64,000 nucleotides of DNA from Halorarum halobium (GTDB lineage: Archaea; Halobacteriota; Halobacteria; Halobacteriales; Haloferacaceae). The stretch covers positions 2,604,001 to 2,668,000 of the forward strand of contig NZ_CP134949.1 in assembly GCF_032116555.1 (NCBI RefSeq). Direction: 5' to 3'. Below are positions 1 through 8,279 of the stretch, piece after piece. A model generated the notes under the pieces. It had not been told where the DNA came from. It made no database searches and saw nothing but the letters and a program-made list of their open reading frames with translations. The stretch's first letter is position 1. Every line of letters begins with the position of its first letter. Both the position numbers and the translations under genes were made by a program.

Positions 1-1
1 G

Positions 2-532
2 CCGACCGCAGCCACCGTCGCCGGAGCGCTGGTTCGGGCCGACCGCGCGCTCGACGGACTCGTCTTCTCCACCTGTACCGTCGGGAGCACCGACTACACC
101 GACGCCGTGCTCGACTGCGTCGCGTCGCTCGACCGCGAGGACGTCCGGTACGTGCTCGCGGCCGGCATCGCCCCCGCGTGGTTCAACGTGCTCGACCTCC
201 GCCGGGTCCACGAGGCCGTCGACCGGCCGGTCCTCTCGGTCTCGTTCGAGGCGAGTCCCGGGCTCGAGTCGGCGCTGCGCGAGCAGTTCGCGGGCGACGC
301 GCTCGCCCGGCGACTCGAGACGTACCGGCGCCAGCCCGAGCGCGTTCGGGTCGACGGGCTGGACGCCTGGGTCCGCGCCGTGGGAACCGACGCCGACGAG
401 GCGGCCGCGGTCGTCCGCGCGCTGACCCCCCAGAGCGAGCGCCGGCCGGAACCGCTCCGCGTCGCGCGCATCGCGGCACGGGCCGGCCGGTCGCTCCACG
501 CACCCGCGGGGAGTGACGACCGTGGAACCTAA
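2..532 (+). CDS. DUF99 family protein (endonuclease V-like fold), 5'-truncated by the window edge
   Basis: Frame is open from position 2 (…VAGALVRADRALDGLVFSTCTVGSTDYTD…). It carries GIAPAWFNVLD and PEPLRVAR motifs typical of archaeal DUF99. Stop TAA at 530-532. Confidence 0.8.
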   Translation, partial: PTAATVAGALVRADRALDGLVFSTCTVGSTDYTDAVLDCVASLDREDVRYVLAAGIAPAWFNVLDLRRVHEAVDRPVLSVSFEASPGLESALREQFAGDALARRLETYRRQPERVRVDGLDAWVRAVGTDADEAAAVVRALTPQSERRPEPLRVARIAARAGRSLHAPAGSDDRGT

Positions 533-556
533 TTCCCTGCCCGCCCGTCCTCACCC

Positions 557-1153
557 ATGGACCTCGACGACGACCTCCGCGTGACCGGGTGCGAGCGCTG
601 TCCCGCGCTCGTCGACTCGCGCTCGCGGATCGTCAACGGCGTCGGCCCGACGGACGCGGACCTCGTGTTCGTCGGCGAGGCACCGGGGGCGAACGAGGAC
701 GAGCAGGGCGAACCGTTCGTCGGGCGCTCGGGCACGGTGCTCGACGACGCGCTCCGGGACGCCGGTCTCGCGCGCGCCGACGTCCGAATCACGAACTGCG
801 TCCGCTGTCGTCCCCCCGAGAACCGCGACCCGCACCGGGAGGAACTCGACAACTGCCGGGGCTATCTCGCCGAGGAACTCGACCGACTCGACCCCGAACT
901 CGTCGTCACGCTCGGCAAGGTGCCCTCCGAGCACCTGCTGGACCGCTCGGTGGCCGTGACCTCCGAGGCGGGCGAGGTGTTCGACGCCCGCGTGGGAGAG
1001 ACGGCGATCCGGCTGCTGGTGTCGGTCCACCCGGCGGCGACGCTGTACGACCGGAGCCAAGAGGAGACGTTCGAGGAGACGATTCTGCAGGCCGCGGAGC
1101 TGGCCGGCGTCGGGGAGGGCGGGGGCGGACAGTCGCGGCTGGGCGAGTACTGA
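557..1153 (+). CDS. udg: Uracil-DNA glycosylase, family 4 (Fe-S type)
   Basis: CxxCxxL, VGEAPG, GEPFVGRSG, NCVRCRPPENR and HPAA motifs. Confidence 0.93.
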   Translation: MDLDDDLRVTGCERCPALVDSRSRIVNGVGPTDADLVFVGEAPGANEDEQGEPFVGRSGTVLDDALRDAGLARADVRITNCVRCRPPENRDPHREELDNCRGYLAEELDRLDPELVVTLGKVPSEHLLDRSVAVTSEAGEVFDARVGETAIRLLVSVHPAATLYDRSQEETFEETILQAAELAGVGEGGGGQSRLGEY

Positions 1154-1456
1154 GGCGTCTCGTCGGGGGAGGCCGTCGCGGACCTCAAGCGGGAGCGCGG
1201 CGACGTGATCCTCGTGCAGGGGAGCCACGAGCTGATCCAGACGCTGCTCGCAGGGGACCTCGTCGACGAGTTCTGGCTCTGGATTTTCCCCCTGGTCCTG
1301 GGGGACGGAAAGCGACTGTTCGGGGACGGGACGATCCCCGCGGCGCTGGAACTGACGAGCGCGGAGACGTCGAGCACGGGAGTCCAGCTGCTCTGGTTCG
1401 AGCGGGCTGGCGAGATTGAGTTCGGCTCGTTCGCGCCGGACGACGTGGCGGAGTGA
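1154..1456 (+). pseudogene. C-terminal remnant of a RibD/dihydrofolate-reductase-like protein
   Basis: EAVADLKRERG-DVILVQGSHELIQTLLAGDLVDEFWLWIFPLVLGDGKRLF resembles the second half of RibD_C/DHFR-like proteins. The N-terminal half is missing, and the similarity starts upstream of the only start codon (GTG 1205). Confidence 0.65.
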
Positions 1457-1539
1457 GTGGTGGGACGGGCGTGGATTCGTCTAGCGAGCGATTCAGCGTC
1501 TCGCTACGTACAGGTGAAGGACCAACCGTCCAGTCCAAC

Positions 1540-1686
1540 TCACAGGATGAACAGAACTACGAAGACAGCTATCACCACGAGAAGGAAAAGAAGAAACCAG
1601 CGACTCCCGCTTTCATCATCCTTCTGTAGCTGTTCACTTCGGTGTTTGGAGTGAGAGTGCTGTTCATACCCTGTGTCGTCGTTCAT
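1540..1686 (-). CDS. Small (48 aa) protein with a C-terminal transmembrane helix
   Basis: Read by hand: MNDDTGYEQHSHSKHRSEQLQKDDESGSRWFLLFLLVVIAVFVVLFIL*, in an AT-richer patch. Below the ORF-track cutoff. Confidence 0.45.
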   Translation of the reverse strand: MNDDTGYEQHSHSKHRSEQLQKDDESGSRWFLLFLLVVIAVFVVLFIL

Positions 1687-1916
1687 CCTTGTATTATCTT
1701 ATGGATCTGGCGGGATAAAGATAACTTCGCAGGCCGATTCATCGGACGACTCTCCCGAGCCGACCGTAAAATCAACGCCGTGTGACTAGTTCTCCGACGT
1801 TCTCCCACGGAGTGGTCGGGGGTGCGCCGGTGCCGAGTACGGAGTGACGCTGCGAACGTTCCGCGAACCGGTGGCTACTACGGTGTAATCCCTGAAAACG
1901 CCGAAGCGGAACCGCG

Positions 1917-2507
1917 TTACTTCCCGCCGCGGTCGCCGCGCGAGACGGACGGCCGTGTCTTCTCCGCGCCCTTGCCGCGGTTGTTCAGCCCGCGGTTCTT
2001 CGACCCGGCGTTCGTGAGGCCACGGAACGCGCGACCCTTCTGGGAGTCGTCGCAGATCCAGTTCAGGTCGTCGTCCGACTCGATGGCCGGGTGCTCGGGG
2101 TCGACGAGGATCACTTCGAACCACTTCTGGGAGCCGTCCTGGCCCACCGGGTAGGAGGCGAGCGCGCGGAGGTTCGGGTACTTCCGCGAGACGCGCTCCT
2201 CGCCGATGCGCTGGATGGACTTCCGGCGACCGATGCGGTTGACGCCCTGTCGCTTCGAGCGGCGGCCCGCCTTGTGTCGCTGCTTTCGCGCCCCGCCCTT
2301 GCGGACCGAGACGCGGGTCACGACGATGCCCTGCTTGGCCTTGTAGCCGAGTTCGCGCGCCTTGTCCAGCCGCGTCGGCCGGTCGATGCGGACGATGGCG
2401 CCCTCGCGGCGCCAGTCCTGCTTGCGCTGCCACTGCAGTTCCGCGAGCTTTCCGTCGTCCTGGTTCCGCCAGGCTTCCTTGATGTGGGAGTAGAAGCTTC
2501 GTGCCAT
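1917..2507 (-). CDS. rpl15e: 50S ribosomal protein L15e (eL15)
   Basis: RPTRLDKARELGYKAKQG, GRRSKRQG, FEVILVDPEHPAI and RAFRGLT motifs; 196 aa. Confidence 0.97.
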   Translation of the reverse strand: MARSFYSHIKEAWRNQDDGKLAELQWQRKQDWRREGAIVRIDRPTRLDKARELGYKAKQGIVVTRVSVRKGGARKQRHKAGRRSKRQGVNRIGRRKSIQRIGEERVSRKYPNLRALASYPVGQDGSQKWFEVILVDPEHPAIESDDDLNWICDDSQKGRAFRGLTNAGSKNRGLNNRGKGAEKTRPSVSRGDRGGK

Positions 2508-2508
2508 G

Positions 2509-2606
2509 GGTGATCTGCGGGCGCTTGCGATTCAGCCGCGTCGGGGGAGCCCCGAGCGGCCACATTTCGTCCCAGCGTACCGGGTGCCCGCTGGCGGCCC
2601 ATCACC
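2509..2606 (-). ncRNA. Structured 5' leader of rpl15e (probable eL15 ribosomal-protein leader)
   Basis: On the minus strand GGTGAT(GGGC) pairs with (GCCC)GCAGATCACC just before the ATG, enclosing hairpins CCAGCG/CGCTGG and GCCGC-TCGGGG/CCCCGA-GCGGC. A TTAA box lies near 2640. Confidence 0.6.
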
Positions 2607-2667
2607 AGCGAGTTGTTCGTGAGAACAGGGCGGTCGCTGTTAAGGACTTCGAAGCGACGTCGCCGCG

Positions 2668-3072
2668 TCAAGGCGTCTCGGGGCCGTCCGGGCGCCCCGA
2701 GCGGGCGTCCGACTCGTCGGGGTCGATCGACCCGTCCGCATCGGCCGATCCGTCCGGGCCGCTCGATCCATCCACATCGCCCGGTTCGCTCGACTCGCTC
2801 GGCGGGCCCGGCGGCTCGACGACCCCCAGCGCGGGCAGGAGGGCGACCCACCCGGCGAGGACGAGGACGACGCCGACCGCCGCGTAGAAGCCCTGCGAGC
2901 AGCAGTAGTAGCCGCCGCCGAGGCCGCGGAGGACCTCGCGCCCGCCGTACGCGATCGTCACCGTGCCGACCGTGGCCGCGCCGGCGCGGCCCACGACGTC
3001 GGGGCGACGGCCGACGACCCCGGGCGAGAGGAGCGACGCGAGGAGGAACAGCGTTGCGAGGGATCCGTTCAC
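2668..3072 (-). CDS. Hypothetical membrane protein with an acidic low-complexity tail
   Basis: Two to three hydrophobic segments and a D/G/S/P-rich C-terminus. The GTG start is uncertain. Confidence 0.4.
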   Translation of the reverse strand: MNGSLATLFLLASLLSPGVVGRRPDVVGRAGAATVGTVTIAYGGREVLRGLGGGYYCCSQGFYAAVGVVLVLAGWVALLPALGVVEPPGPPSESSEPGDVDGSSGPDGSADADGSIDPDESDARSGRPDGPETP

Positions 3073-3147
3073 GCATGGTCGGACGCCGGGCCGATCCAAA
3101 ACGTTCGTGGTTCGTCGGTCGGAGTCGACGGATCGGGCGGGCGACCG

Positions 3148-4059
3148 TTACGCCCCGTCGAACGCCCGCACGGACTCGAACGTCCCGTCAGAAATCGCCG
3201 CCGCCACGGCGTCGGTTTCCACGTCGGGCGTCTCTCCCGGGTACTTCCGGTGGAAGTAGCCGACGACGTTCTCCACGTCGCGCGCCAGCAGTTCGTCGGC
3301 GTTCTCGTGGTCCGTCCCGACCGACTGTGGCCAGTCGAACACGACGACGCCGTCCTCGCTGACCGCGACGTTGTACTCGCTCATGTCGGCGTGGACGTAG
3401 CCGACCCGGTAGGCGGTCGCCATCTCCCGCAGGACGAGATCGAGGACGCCCACGACCTGCTCGGACCGGAGCTTCGCGTCCGCGAGTTCCGGCCCGGGGA
3501 GCTTCTCCATCACGATGGCGTGGCGGTTGTGGTCCACCGGCCGCGGGACGGAGACGTCCGGGTAGAGGTCCTCCAGCGCGCCGTGCTCGCGCTCTGCGGC
3601 CTTCCGCGCGGTGTACTGCCAGGAGACGTGCTGGTTGTCGGCGGTGTAGTCGCGCCCCTTGCTCACCTCCCGGAAGTTGGTGTACCCCTCGCGGTGGAAC
3701 TTCAGCGCGAACGGCCGGTAGGACTCCACCTCGTACACGTCCGACTCCTTGCCGACGCCCAGCGGCGAGCCGACGCCGAGCACGGTGTCACGCTCGGCGA
3801 ACGTGTGGAGCGCGAGCGCGTCGTACCCACGGAACGTCAGCTGGTATCCCTCGTACTGGATGGTCTTGCGCTGGATGAGCCCGCGGTCCGAACAGCGGTC
3901 GATGCGGTACTCGACCTCCTCCTCGGTGAGGTTCGCGTAGTCGGGGAGCTTCTCCCGGTTCACCCACTCGGAGAAGCGCATGCCCTGCTCGACCCCCGAG
4001 AGGAGATAGAAGTCCTCGGGTTCGAGTTCGGTCATCACCCCCGCGACGTTCTCGACCAT
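3148..4059 (-). CDS. rio2: RIO2-type serine/threonine kinase
   Basis: N-terminal wHTH (GYQLTFRGYDALAL), GVGKESDVY, HADMSEYNV and FDWPQ motifs. Confidence 0.93.
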   Translation of the reverse strand: MVENVAGVMTELEPEDFYLLSGVEQGMRFSEWVNREKLPDYANLTEEEVEYRIDRCSDRGLIQRKTIQYEGYQLTFRGYDALALHTFAERDTVLGVGSPLGVGKESDVYEVESYRPFALKFHREGYTNFREVSKGRDYTADNQHVSWQYTARKAAEREHGALEDLYPDVSVPRPVDHNRHAIVMEKLPGPELADAKLRSEQVVGVLDLVLREMATAYRVGYVHADMSEYNVAVSEDGVVVFDWPQSVGTDHENADELLARDVENVVGYFHRKYPGETPDVETDAVAAAISDGTFESVRAFDGA

Positions 4060-4158
4060 GTTTCGTGGGAGGTTCGGGAGGCGGTAAAAGCGGTCGGTCA
4101 CGATTCCGTGTCGTCTCGGACGTCATTGAGTGGAAGTACAGAGTAGGGTCGGAAGCCA

Positions 4159-4364
4159 GGATGAGAGAGCGACGGCGAGCGGAGCGAGCCGAGTGAACGA
4201 ATCGGCTGGGGAGGCGTGTGGCTGCGGTGGCGGTGCGGTCGGGTGGGACTGGAAGGGGCCGTGGCTCTCGGGGACGGCGCGACCGTCAAGCACCACAGCG
4301 CGAGCGAAGCGAGCGCGAGGAGCGCAGCGGTCGCGCCGTCCCCGAGAGCCATGGGGGCTTCCGA
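4159..4364 (+). repeat. Structured intergenic repeat, copy A
   Basis: GGATGAG…GGCTGGGGAGG…GGGACTGGAAGGGGC, then a 26-bp stem (4260-4285/4328-4353) around AAGCACCACAG…GAGCGCAG, then GGGGCTTCCG. Confidence 0.85.
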
Positions 4365-4491
4365 AGCGTTCCGAACCGAATGAGTGGCTACCCTATTCTA
4401 CGCAGACGGGGACTCCCGCGGTCGTCACCACGGCAGTCGCGGTGCTGACTGAACCAACACCGACGACGAAATCAGACCCGAAGAACCCGGA

Positions 4492-5328
4492 TCATTCCCG
4501 CAGTTCCTTCACGCGCTGGATGTTCCAGGCGAACGACTTCCCGTCCTCGGTCGGCGTCTCCAGCGCCATCGGCACGTCGAGCAGGTCGGGGTGGTTGATG
4601 AACGCGCGCATCCCCTCCTCGCCGATGAGCCCCTCGCCGATGTGGGCGTGCTCGTCCTTGTTCGTCCCGCACTCGTGTTTCGAGTCGTTCAGGTGGACGT
4701 ATTCGAGGTGCTCGAGCCCGACCACGTCGTCCAGTTCGGCGATGGTCTCCTCGACGCTCGCCTCCGTGGAGAGGTCGTAGCCCGCCGCGAACGCGTGGGC
4801 CGTGTCGAGACAGATGTCGAGATCCAGGTCACAGCGGTCGATGATGCCCGCGAGGTGCTCGAACTCGCCGCCGAGCTTCGTGCCCGAGCCGGCGTCGGAC
4901 TCGATGAGCACCGTGACGCCGTCGGGAACGTCGAGTTCCTCGAGCGCCGAGGCCGCGTTGTCCAGACCGCCCTCGACGCCCGCGCCGGTGTGTGCGCCGA
5001 GGTGGACGTTGACGTACGGGACGTCCAACCTGTCGGCGGCGTCGACCTCCTGTTGCATGGAGTCGACCGACTTCTCGCGCAGGTCCTCCTTCGGCGTACA
5101 GAGGTTCACGAGGTACGACGAGTGGATGACCCACGGGCGGACGTCGTTCTCGTCGGCCGTCGCGCGGAAGCGCTCGGCCTCTACGTCCTCGATCTCGCCG
5201 TGGTTCCAGACCTGGGGCGAGTGGGTGAAGATCTGCCCGCAGTTGCCGCCGTCCTCGATCGCCTCGTCGACCGCGTTGGACACGCCGCCGGCGATGGACT
5301 CGTGTGCGCCGATCCGGAGTTCCGTCAT
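4492..5328 (-). CDS. nfo: Endonuclease IV (AP endonuclease family 2)
   Basis: [47 protein letters not shown] and LETP motifs. Confidence 0.95.
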   Translation of the reverse strand: MTELRIGAHESIAGGVSNAVDEAIEDGGNCGQIFTHSPQVWNHGEIEDVEAERFRATADENDVRPWVIHSSYLVNLCTPKEDLREKSVDSMQQEVDAADRLDVPYVNVHLGAHTGAGVEGGLDNAASALEELDVPDGVTVLIESDAGSGTKLGGEFEHLAGIIDRCDLDLDICLDTAHAFAAGYDLSTEASVEETIAELDDVVGLEHLEYVHLNDSKHECGTNKDEHAHIGEGLIGEEGMRAFINHPDLLDVPMALETPTEDGKSFAWNIQRVKELRE

Positions 5329-5412
5329 GCCTGCGGGTGGTCGGCGGGCCCTCAAAGCCGCTTCGGAAGCGGTGGAGTAGACGCAAAATCGACCGCTCGA
5401 AGCTCGAATCAC

Positions 5413-6255
5413 CTACCGACCGCCGGGAACCCGCCGGACCCAGTCGTCGCTCCGGTACTTCTCGTCGCCGATCTCCTCTGCACGCTCCAGTTCCTCCGCC
5501 GTCCACTCGCCCGGCGACGCGTCGGCCCACTCCGCCAGCGTGTCCTCGAACGCAGTCACGGCTTCCCGGCGCGTCGCGTCGGTCAGTTCCGCGATGCCGG
5601 CGACCCGCTCGGCGAACCGGTCCTCGGTCACCCCCGGGTCGGCGAAGCACGCGAGATGGTCGCCGGGCTTCGACTCGTAGGTCACCGAGCCGTGCTGGAT
5701 GACCGCGTCCTCGCGGCGGTACTGGGCGTTGCCCGAGAGCTTCCGGCCGTCGCCGCCGGCCGAGAGCACGTCGTGTGCCGGGTGGAGCCCCCGGAGGTAG
5801 CACGCCGGGTGGTAGACGGCGTCGCGCTCCTCGCCCGCGTAGTCGGCGTCGACGCCGAGCCGTCGGAAGGCGTCCAGGACGGGTTCACAGAGCAGGCGGT
5901 AGGCGTCCATGAGCGACCCGGGGAGTTCGGCCGCGGGGGCGGTGATGGAGTAGGAGACGTCGCCCGAGCGGTCGTGGTAGATGCCGCCGCCGCCGGTCTG
6001 TCTGCGCGTCACATCCACGTCCGCGTCGGCACAGCGGTCCCAGTCGACCGTCTCCGGGTCCTGGTTGTAGCCGAGCGAGAGGCAGGACGGCTCCCAGCGG
6101 TACACGCGGACCGTCCGCGGTCCGCCGTCGGCCGCCGTCTCGGCCGCGACCTCGTCGAGCGCCATGTTCAGCGGGCCGGGCCGGGCCTCCTCGCGGACGA
6201 GCCGCCAGTCGCGGTCGGCGAGTGGGCCGGCGGAGTCCGCGTCGCCGTCGGTCAT
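5413..6255 (-). CDS. Lipoate-protein ligase A family protein
   Basis: NMALDE, RRQTGGGGIYHD, KLSGNAQ and IQHGS motifs. Confidence 0.9.
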   Translation of the reverse strand: MTDGDADSAGPLADRDWRLVREEARPGPLNMALDEVAAETAADGGPRTVRVYRWEPSCLSLGYNQDPETVDWDRCADADVDVTRRQTGGGGIYHDRSGDVSYSITAPAAELPGSLMDAYRLLCEPVLDAFRRLGVDADYAGEERDAVYHPACYLRGLHPAHDVLSAGGDGRKLSGNAQYRREDAVIQHGSVTYESKPGDHLACFADPGVTEDRFAERVAGIAELTDATRREAVTAFEDTLAEWADASPGEWTAEELERAEEIGDEKYRSDDWVRRVPGGR

Positions 6256-6321
6256 GCCCGGAGATGGGCCGCGCCGGGGCAAAGACCCCTCGGTGTCGCG
6301 GGAGGACCGACTGGGTGCGGT

Positions 6322-6453
6322 GGCGCGCGGCGGCCACCCCTCGTGGGCGGCCAATTCGCGCGAGGGACGAGCATCGCAGGCGAGGGAGCGGAGCGACCGA
6401 GGCTAGAAGCGCAGAGCGTGCCGAGGAGCGTAGCCAGCCGGGGGCTTTCGAGG
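6322..6453 (+). repeat. Structured intergenic repeat, copy B (internally deleted)
   Basis: 5' hairpin plus GCGAGGGACGAG joined directly to the 3' module. 6426-6454 is identical to 49345-49373 and 6380-6401 is identical to 49300-49321. Confidence 0.8.
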
Positions 6454-6636
6454 CGTGCGTCACGACAGCCGAGACAGGACCGAACGCGACACACAGTAGG
6501 CTTTCGAGGCAGTTTGACGGGAAACCGCGAAACCCTCCTCGACCACACGAGAACCCGACCCGACACCGAACGAAAACCGGCCACGAACACAGCACACCCG
6601 GACCTTGATACCGTCTACCACACACGAAGATACGAG

Positions 6637-8178
6637 ATGGCACGCCAGTCCTCCGACGCCGAATCCGGCGGAGAACCCGACCGAGAAGCACCCGAACGGT
6701 ACGAGGCCCTCCTCGACCGATACAGACGGATCGCGTACCTCGAGAGCGGCTCGGGCGTCCTCTACTGGGACCAGCAGGTCACCATGCCCGAGGGCGGTAC
6801 GCCCGCCCGCGGCAAGCAGCTCGCCGCGCTCTCGGCGACGACCCACGAGAAGCTGACGAGCGATGGGATGGCCGAGGCCATCGCCGACGCGGAGGACGCG
6901 GACCTCTCCGAGGCGGAGGCGGCGAACGTCCGCGAGATCCGGCGGCGGCACGACCGCAACCGCTCGGTCCCCGAGTCACTCGTCGAGGAACTCACCGAGC
7001 ACACGTCCAACAGCCAGCGGGTGTGGCAGGAGGCGAAGGCCGAGGACGACTTCGACCGGTTCGCGCCGGCCCTCGAAACGCTCCGGGACCTGCAGGTGCG
7101 ACGGGCCGAGGCCATCGACCCCGACCGGCCGCCCTACGAGGTGATGTACGAGGACGGCGAGCCGTACCTCCCGCTCGACCGGATGGCCGAAATCTTCGAG
7201 GAGCTCAAGGACGCGCTCGTCCCGCTCATCGAGGAGATCCAGGCGGAGGGCGACGACCTGCCCTCGCCGTTCGTCGAGGCCGGCCCGTACGCCGACGAGG
7301 AGCAGCGGGCGCTCTCGGACGCCGTCCTGGACCTGCTCGGCTACCCCGAGGAGCACGGCCGCCTCGACGTCTCGGCGCACCCGTTCACGGCCGGTAACCA
7401 GTACGACGCGCGCATCACGACCCGGTTCAAGCCCGACGACCCGATGGACGCGCTCACGGCGACCGTCCACGAGTTCGGGCACGCGAGCTACGAACTCGGC
7501 CTGCCGACGGAACGGTTCGGCGAACCGCTCGGCGCGTCGCTCTCCAGCGGCGTCCACGAGAGCCAGTCCAGATTCTGGGAGAATCACGTCGGCCGCACGA
7601 AGCCGTTCTGGGAGGGCTTTCTCCCGACCGCGAAGGAGCATCTCGACGGCATCGACGACGTGACGCCCGAGGAGGCGTACGCCGCGGTGAACCGCATCTA
7701 CCCGGAGAACCTGATCCGCGTGGAGGCGGACGAGCTTACCTACCACCTGCACATCATCCTCCGCTGTGAACTCGACCGCGCGTTCGTCGCGGGCGACCTC
7801 GCGGTCGAGGAGCTGCCAGACGCCTGGAACCGGAAGATGGAGGAGTACCTCGACGTGACGCCAGACACCGACGCCGTCGGCGTGCTACAGGACATCCACT
7901 GGTCGAGCCGGTTCGCGGCGTTCCAGGGCTACACCATCGGCTCCGTCCTCGCCGCGCAACTCGACCACGCGATGCGGCGGGACGTCGACGACGTGGACGC
8001 GAAGATCCGCGAGGGGGACCTGAAGCCGCTCCGGGACTGGATGACCGAACACGTCCACTCGCACGGCCGGCGCTACCCGACCGACGAACTGGTCGAGGAG
8101 GCCACCGGCGAGCCGCTGACCGCCGAGTACTTCGTGGACTACGTGGAGGAGAAGTTCGGGGCGCTGTACGGGCTCTGA
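6637..8178 (+). CDS. Carboxypeptidase, M32 family
   Basis: HPF, DARITT, HEFGH (HExxH), HESQS, IRVEADE and QDIHW motifs. ATG at 6637. Confidence 0.95.
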   Translation: MARQSSDAESGGEPDREAPERYEALLDRYRRIAYLESGSGVLYWDQQVTMPEGGTPARGKQLAALSATTHEKLTSDGMAEAIADAEDADLSEAEAANVREIRRRHDRNRSVPESLVEELTEHTSNSQRVWQEAKAEDDFDRFAPALETLRDLQVRRAEAIDPDRPPYEVMYEDGEPYLPLDRMAEIFEELKDALVPLIEEIQAEGDDLPSPFVEAGPYADEEQRALSDAVLDLLGYPEEHGRLDVSAHPFTAGNQYDARITTRFKPDDPMDALTATVHEFGHASYELGLPTERFGEPLGASLSSGVHESQSRFWENHVGRTKPFWEGFLPTAKEHLDGIDDVTPEEAYAAVNRIYPENLIRVEADELTYHLHIILRCELDRAFVAGDLAVEELPDAWNRKMEEYLDVTPDTDAVGVLQDIHWSSRFAAFQGYTIGSVLAAQLDHAMRRDVDDVDAKIREGDLKPLRDWMTEHVHSHGRRYPTDELVEEATGEPLTAEYFVDYVEEKFGALYGL

Positions 8179-8279
8179 ATCGCGTCGGCCCGGCCCCCGG
8201 GTGAAGCGGCGAGTCTCGGCCGGCTTCCACCCACGTCGTCCCCCGGATTTACGGTGGGTCGCGCCGGACGTCGAACCGT

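Noticed and set aside
1151..1153. Selenocysteine or programmed readthrough at the udg TGA
   Set aside because: UDG ends with a normal haloarchaeal QSRLGEY-type tail, haloarchaea are not known to use Sec, and no SECIS is evident.
4098..4780. Short ORFs over the intergenic repeats (also 15330-16006, 44833-45684 and 49064-49352)
   Set aside because: Translations are low-complexity R/S/A/P products of the repeat, with no frame conserved between copies.
4591..6636. Apparent 680-aa N-terminal extension of the M32 carboxypeptidase
   Set aside because: It is the antisense of nfo and lplA plus a repeat; the real start is ATG 6637.
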